From Octopus vulgaris (lineage: Eukaryota): a stretch of DNA of 64,000 bases. Each line of letters opens with the position of its first letter. Within the stretch, counting starts at the first letter, position 1. The stretch spans positions 27,094,001 to 27,158,000 of the forward strand of contig OX597827.1 in NCBI GenBank assembly GCA_951406725.2. Direction: 5' to 3'. Positions 59,393 through 64,000 of the stretch are shown here, one piece after another. The notes under the pieces are model-generated. The model was not told the origin of the DNA, searched no databases, and saw nothing but the letters and a program-made list of their open reading frames with translations. The translations under genes and the position numbers were made by a program.

Positions 59393-59973
59393 TGTGTGTT
59401 TGTGTGTGTTGTTCTGAAGTAGGTGTGCGTGACTTTTCGTAGAATAAGCGTGAGTCTCGTTATGGAACAGCGAGAGTTCTTAACAAAATGTCTTTTGTTG
59501 TTCGATTCTTATTTTGTTAAGCTCGTAACAAAAAGCTACAGAAATTGAGAGACAGATAAATAAACACACACACACACACACAAGGAGAGAAAGTGGAATG
59601 TAAAAAAACGTAGATTATACAGATTTACAGAACTAATAAACTCAAATATTTGCTGCCCTTCCACAATAATTGAGCCAAACTTGTGTATTTGTATTAAAGT
59701 TCTGTTGACTTTCGTTGAGCAGCAGCAGCAGGAGTGGTAGTGACCATGGTGTTGATTATTATTATTAGTATTATTGTTGTTGTTGTTGTTCAAATATACA
59801 AAAAATATAGAGGGTTTGTAGGAATATAGGATTAAATGAATTGAAATAAAAATAAAAACACGGTTTATTGTCTGTTAAACTATTAGAGAAACGATTCATC
59901 TAATTAAGTATGGTAGCTTGCATTTAACTGTTTGCTCTTCATGCAGAGGCACCACTGGGAAATTTTCCTCTGT

Positions 59974-60089
<116 letters not shown>

Positions 60090-60359
60090 ATACTGTTATC
60101 TATAACTTAATACAATAAAATGTACTCTGATGATCTGTTGTGCTTTGAGAATTTGGAACAGTTATTGTAAGGGCTGTAAATAACTGTAATGGTGACACGT
60201 GCGTAGGAATTATTACATAAACCTGTGTTCATCTGTGTGGCAAGAAGCTTGCTTCCCAACCATATGGTTCCAGGTTCAGTCCCACTGCGTATCAACTTGA
60301 GCAAGTGTCTTCAAATATATATTATATAGTTATATATGCTTACATACTTACATACATAC

Positions 60360-60390
<31 letters not shown>

Positions 60391-60404
60391 CATACATACA
60401 TACA

Positions 60405-60438
<34 letters not shown>

Positions 60439-60528
60439 CATACATATATACATACATACATACATGCATGCATACATATATACATACATACATATATTCA
60501 TACATACATACATACATGCATGCATGCA

Positions 60529-60560
<32 letters not shown>

Positions 60561-60860
60561 CATACATACATATACACCTGCACACACACGTTATTCTTTT
60601 GCCTGTTTCACTCATTATTAGGCTGCGGCCATACTGGGGCACCACCTCAGAGAATCCTATTCAACCGAATCGACGCTGGGATCGATTCGTTCAGCTAGAA
60701 TTCTGATTTTTGCTTTTAAGCCAGGTGCTTGCTTTGTCGGTCCGTTTTGCTGAACCGCTAGGTTGCGGGGACTAAAAAGCACTGGGATCGATTCATTCGA
60801 CTAAAGATATTCTTCAAAAGAAGTGCCCCAGGATGGCCGAAATTTAATGTCTGAAGCAAG

Positions 60861-60930
<70 letters not shown>

Positions 60931-60940
60931 TTAGATAGAC

Positions 60941-61027
<87 letters not shown>

Positions 61028-61366
61028 CATACACAAAACACTCACAAAGTTCACAGTATGGGTGCCGACACACCCTGTTCTTGGCGGCCGCGCGACCCCC
61101 TACACCATCATCTTCCACCTCAGTACCCCTATTATTCTACAGCAAGCCACACGCAGTGTCTTGAACAAACAATATCCGACACCGCGAGTTCCTTGTTAAT
61201 CAAATAAAGGTGTTGGGTTGGCGGTGGGTGTGAGGTGACGGCGGGGAGGGGTGTAATCTTCTGTTTGCGCTTCTGATTAAAGGTATATGTGGGAAGGAGA
61301 AAGAGAGAGAGAGAGAGAGGGGGAGAGAAGGTAGCAGAGAGGAAACAATGTTTGAGAGAGACTCAA

Positions 61367-61425
<59 letters not shown>

Positions 61426-61629
61426 GAGAGATTGGTGGGGAATGTTTGATTGTGCATGAGAAAGAAAGAGAGAGAAAGAGGATAATGAAAGAATGAGAGA
61501 GTGAATGAGTGTATATTGAAAGTGTGTGATGAGGAGAACGAGAGGAGAAGAAAAGGAAAGAGAGACTGAGAGAAAGAGAGGGAATGGAACGTGAGAGAGG
61601 GAGATAGAGAAAGGGTGTGTGTGTGTGAA

Positions 61630-61925
61630 ACAATAAGGTAATCGTGTAGATGTGTGTGTGTATGTGTGTCTGTAAGTACGTGTGTGTGTGTGTGTACATC
61701 TGTGTGTGTGTGAGTGTACGTGAAACTATGAGATAATCGTGTAGTTGTGAGTGTGTGAATGTGTGTGTGTGTGTCTGTAAGTATGAAACAAGATAATCGT
61801 GTAGTTGTGAGTGCCTGAAAGTGTGTGTGTGTATGAGAGAGAGAGTGTGTGTGTGTATGTGTGAGTGCGTGTGTGTGTGTGGGTGTGTGTGTGAAACACT
61901 AAGATAGTCGTGTAATTGTGTGTGT
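61630..61925. repeat. irregular minisatellite of GATAATCGTGTAGTTGTG anchors separated by (GT)n
   Basis: Anchors near 61638, 61732, 61792 and 61903. Confidence 0.7.
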
Positions 61926-62424
61926 ATGTGTGTGCGTGTCTTCAGGTTCGTGTTTCTTACCTTCCTCTCACTTCTGTCTAAACGCAACGAGAAACCAGTA
62001 GAGTCAGGTCTCCAGGAATGTTTTTACTCGTTCACCGATTGTTGTCATTCTTGTTTTTTTATTGTTCTTACTTTATTTTATAATTCACCTCCGCCCCCTT
62101 CTCTTCCTTCTTCCTTCCTTAACTTCTCTATTTGACGAGCGAACGTGGCCAACTCTTTGTAGTCTTTCCATCTGCTTGTAATAGCAGCCAAATAAATTTC
62201 TGTTAAATCCATACACACAATCTGTTATCTTCAACAACAACAAAAAAAGACAACTGCACAATGGATAATGTAATCCTAGGTTCCGGGTTCTGTCCCACCT
62301 TGGACTACCACTTACAGCCTCGGGTCGACCAAAGCCTTGCGAGTAGATCTCAAGGACGGAAACTGAAAGACGCCTTTCTCTCTCTTTCTCTCTCTCCCTA
62401 TTAAAAAGCAGCAAAAATATCACA

Positions 62425-62470
62425 AAAACTGTTACTCAGAGTTTCACGTTCATGTTCGTCAGACAGTTTT
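62425..62470 (-). ncRNA. type I hammerhead ribozyme (family HJ), near-canonical
   Basis: Minus strand AAAACTGT-CTGACGA-AC(ATGAAC)GT-GAAAC-TCTGA-GTA-ACAGTTTT. Perfect 8-bp stem I, intact core and a GUA site. Confidence 0.8.
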
Positions 62471-62627
62471 GCATAGCATATATATATGTTCATAAGAAAA
62501 TTAAAATTTATCTAATATAGTGGTGTTTTCAAACTTCTTTTTTACATATATATATATATATGGAAAAAAAGTCAAGATAGAAAACGCTAAAATAATTTTA
62601 TAAAATATATATATATAATTAGCCATA

Positions 62628-62800
62628 ATAGATCGCTAGCCACTACACATTCTTTATTTTCTTTCCTTTGTTTCTTTCTGTGGAAGAGCGTAGGCACGAA
62701 ACGTTAAAGACTTTTTCACTTCCCGAGCGTTAAACTAATACATCTGTTTGTTGTCTACACCACCTGTCCTAGTCTTTTGTCTTTTTTGTTGAATTCTCCC
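62628..62800 (+). mobile_element. family HA hammerhead-bearing element, copy 4
   Basis: TCTTT-CTGTGGA-A-GAGC(GTAG)GCAC-GAAAC-GTT-AAAGA at 62673-62710. Followed by (TA)n. Confidence 0.7.
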
Positions 62801-62837
<37 letters not shown>

Positions 62838-62920
62838 ATACACACACAATGTATAGGGGTTTAGTTCACAGGTGATTAATATATACACTTCTTATATACC
62901 CTTCTCATTTTCCCTATTTT

Positions 62921-62974
62921 TCTCTGATGACGGAATATCCCATACTCCGGAATACCCAGAAACAGGCTGTAAGA
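62921..62974 (+). ncRNA. type I hammerhead-like motif (HK)
   Basis: TCT-CTGATGA-CGGAATATCCCATACTCCGGAATACCCA-GAAAC-AGGCT-GTA-AGA. The core is intact, but stem II appears disturbed by a local duplication. Confidence 0.55.
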
Positions 62975-63873
62975 CTTTGAATTTTTTCCAATAATAATAT
63001 TGTATATGACTTGAGATGCTTGCCTTGCCTCAACGTTTGTTGTCCTCTTTAATAATCATATATATACATATATATATGCGCGTGCGCGTGCGTATGTGTG
63101 TGATTGTGTGATGTATGTGTGTGTGTGAGTAGAAAGAAGCACATTCTGACATTGCCTCCGGCCATCTGAGTCTGCTGAGTTGCTTATACAACTAAGCGCT
63201 TTATAAGTGCGAAACCAATGGTCACTCTCTGACTGGCTGTAACAATAGTCTGCTATACATGTGGCTGAGGGGTGCATGCGCGAGTCTTCAGTACTTGACA
63301 ACCGGTGTTGGTGTGTTTATTTCGAGGTTTGGTATAATAACCGATAGGATAAATACCAAGCCTAAAAAAAAAGTGGTGGTGGGGAACGAAAATTCTTCAA
63401 GGTGGTGCTGTAGCATGGTCGCAGCCGGAAATAAGTAAAACGTAAAAGATTAAAAATAGAACATTTTAGAAGTCGTTGTAAAAAGAAAGCATGCGATTCC
63501 GAAACGACAAGATGAAGGCTAAAAACAAAATTCTAACCGGGTGAAATATCTGGGTGGATATTGCATATGTTTATTTTAAGGGTATTGTTAGCTTCTGGCG
63601 AAGTATGCTACAGTGAAATATAGAGCAGGGATAATGGGGTGGCTCCATAACAGGTCAATCAGCTCTGCTTTGTTTATTGGCTTTCATTAGAATGTAGGTT
63701 AGTGACACGCTTTTGTGGTGTTCATGCAATTTATTCATTGAATTTAAATGGGGTTAGAGAAAGCGCACTCATACATACATATATTAACATGTATAGACAT
63801 ATCAATTATATTATATAAATATCTACGCGCGCACACACACGTCTATGTATATATAAATACAAGTATATATACA

Positions 63874-63923
<50 letters not shown>

Positions 63924-63930
63924 TACATAG

Positions 63931-64000
63931 AGGCATGCGTGGCTGTGTGGTAAGCTTGCTTCCCAACGACATAGTTCCAGGTTCAGTTCCACTGCGTGGC
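63931..64000 (+). mobile_element. S2 SINE head, cut by the window edge
   Basis: Matches 339-412. Confidence 0.8.

Noticed and set aside
61040-61270. GC-richer island with GCGGCCGC as a promoter
   Set aside because: The evidence is composition only, with no specific supporting motif or linked exon.

Overview
Eukaryotic, extremely microsatellite-rich DNA with no intact cellular protein-coding gene. The SINE families and repeat load suggest a cephalopod, probably Octopus (inference). Almost all ORFs in the track are translated microsatellites. Recognisable content: (i) a full-length but disrupted ~6.1-kb Tx1/L1-clade LINE (31413-37490, minus) inside a (GATA)n tract, plus a 3' fragment of a relative (8025-9003); (ii) fragments of a CR1/L2-group LINE, two RTE LINEs and an R4/Dong-type restriction-like-endonuclease LINE; (iii) many copies of three tRNA-derived SINE families; (iv) an internally deleted hAT transposon with an 8-bp TSD; (v) a 29-copy 32-bp minisatellite derived from a SINE tail. 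The most interesting signal is about a dozen hammerhead-ribozyme-like motifs in several short repeat families sitting in or next to (TA)n-rich tracts, probably Penelope-like pseudo-LTRs or retrozyme-like elements. They include one near-canonical type I hammerhead (62425-62470), a four-copy family with a shared non-canonical CUGU core, and a hammerhead in the loop of a ~350-bp foldback element. There are weaker signs of minus-strand spliced exons with YY1-type motifs. All coordinates were read by eye and element ends are approximate.
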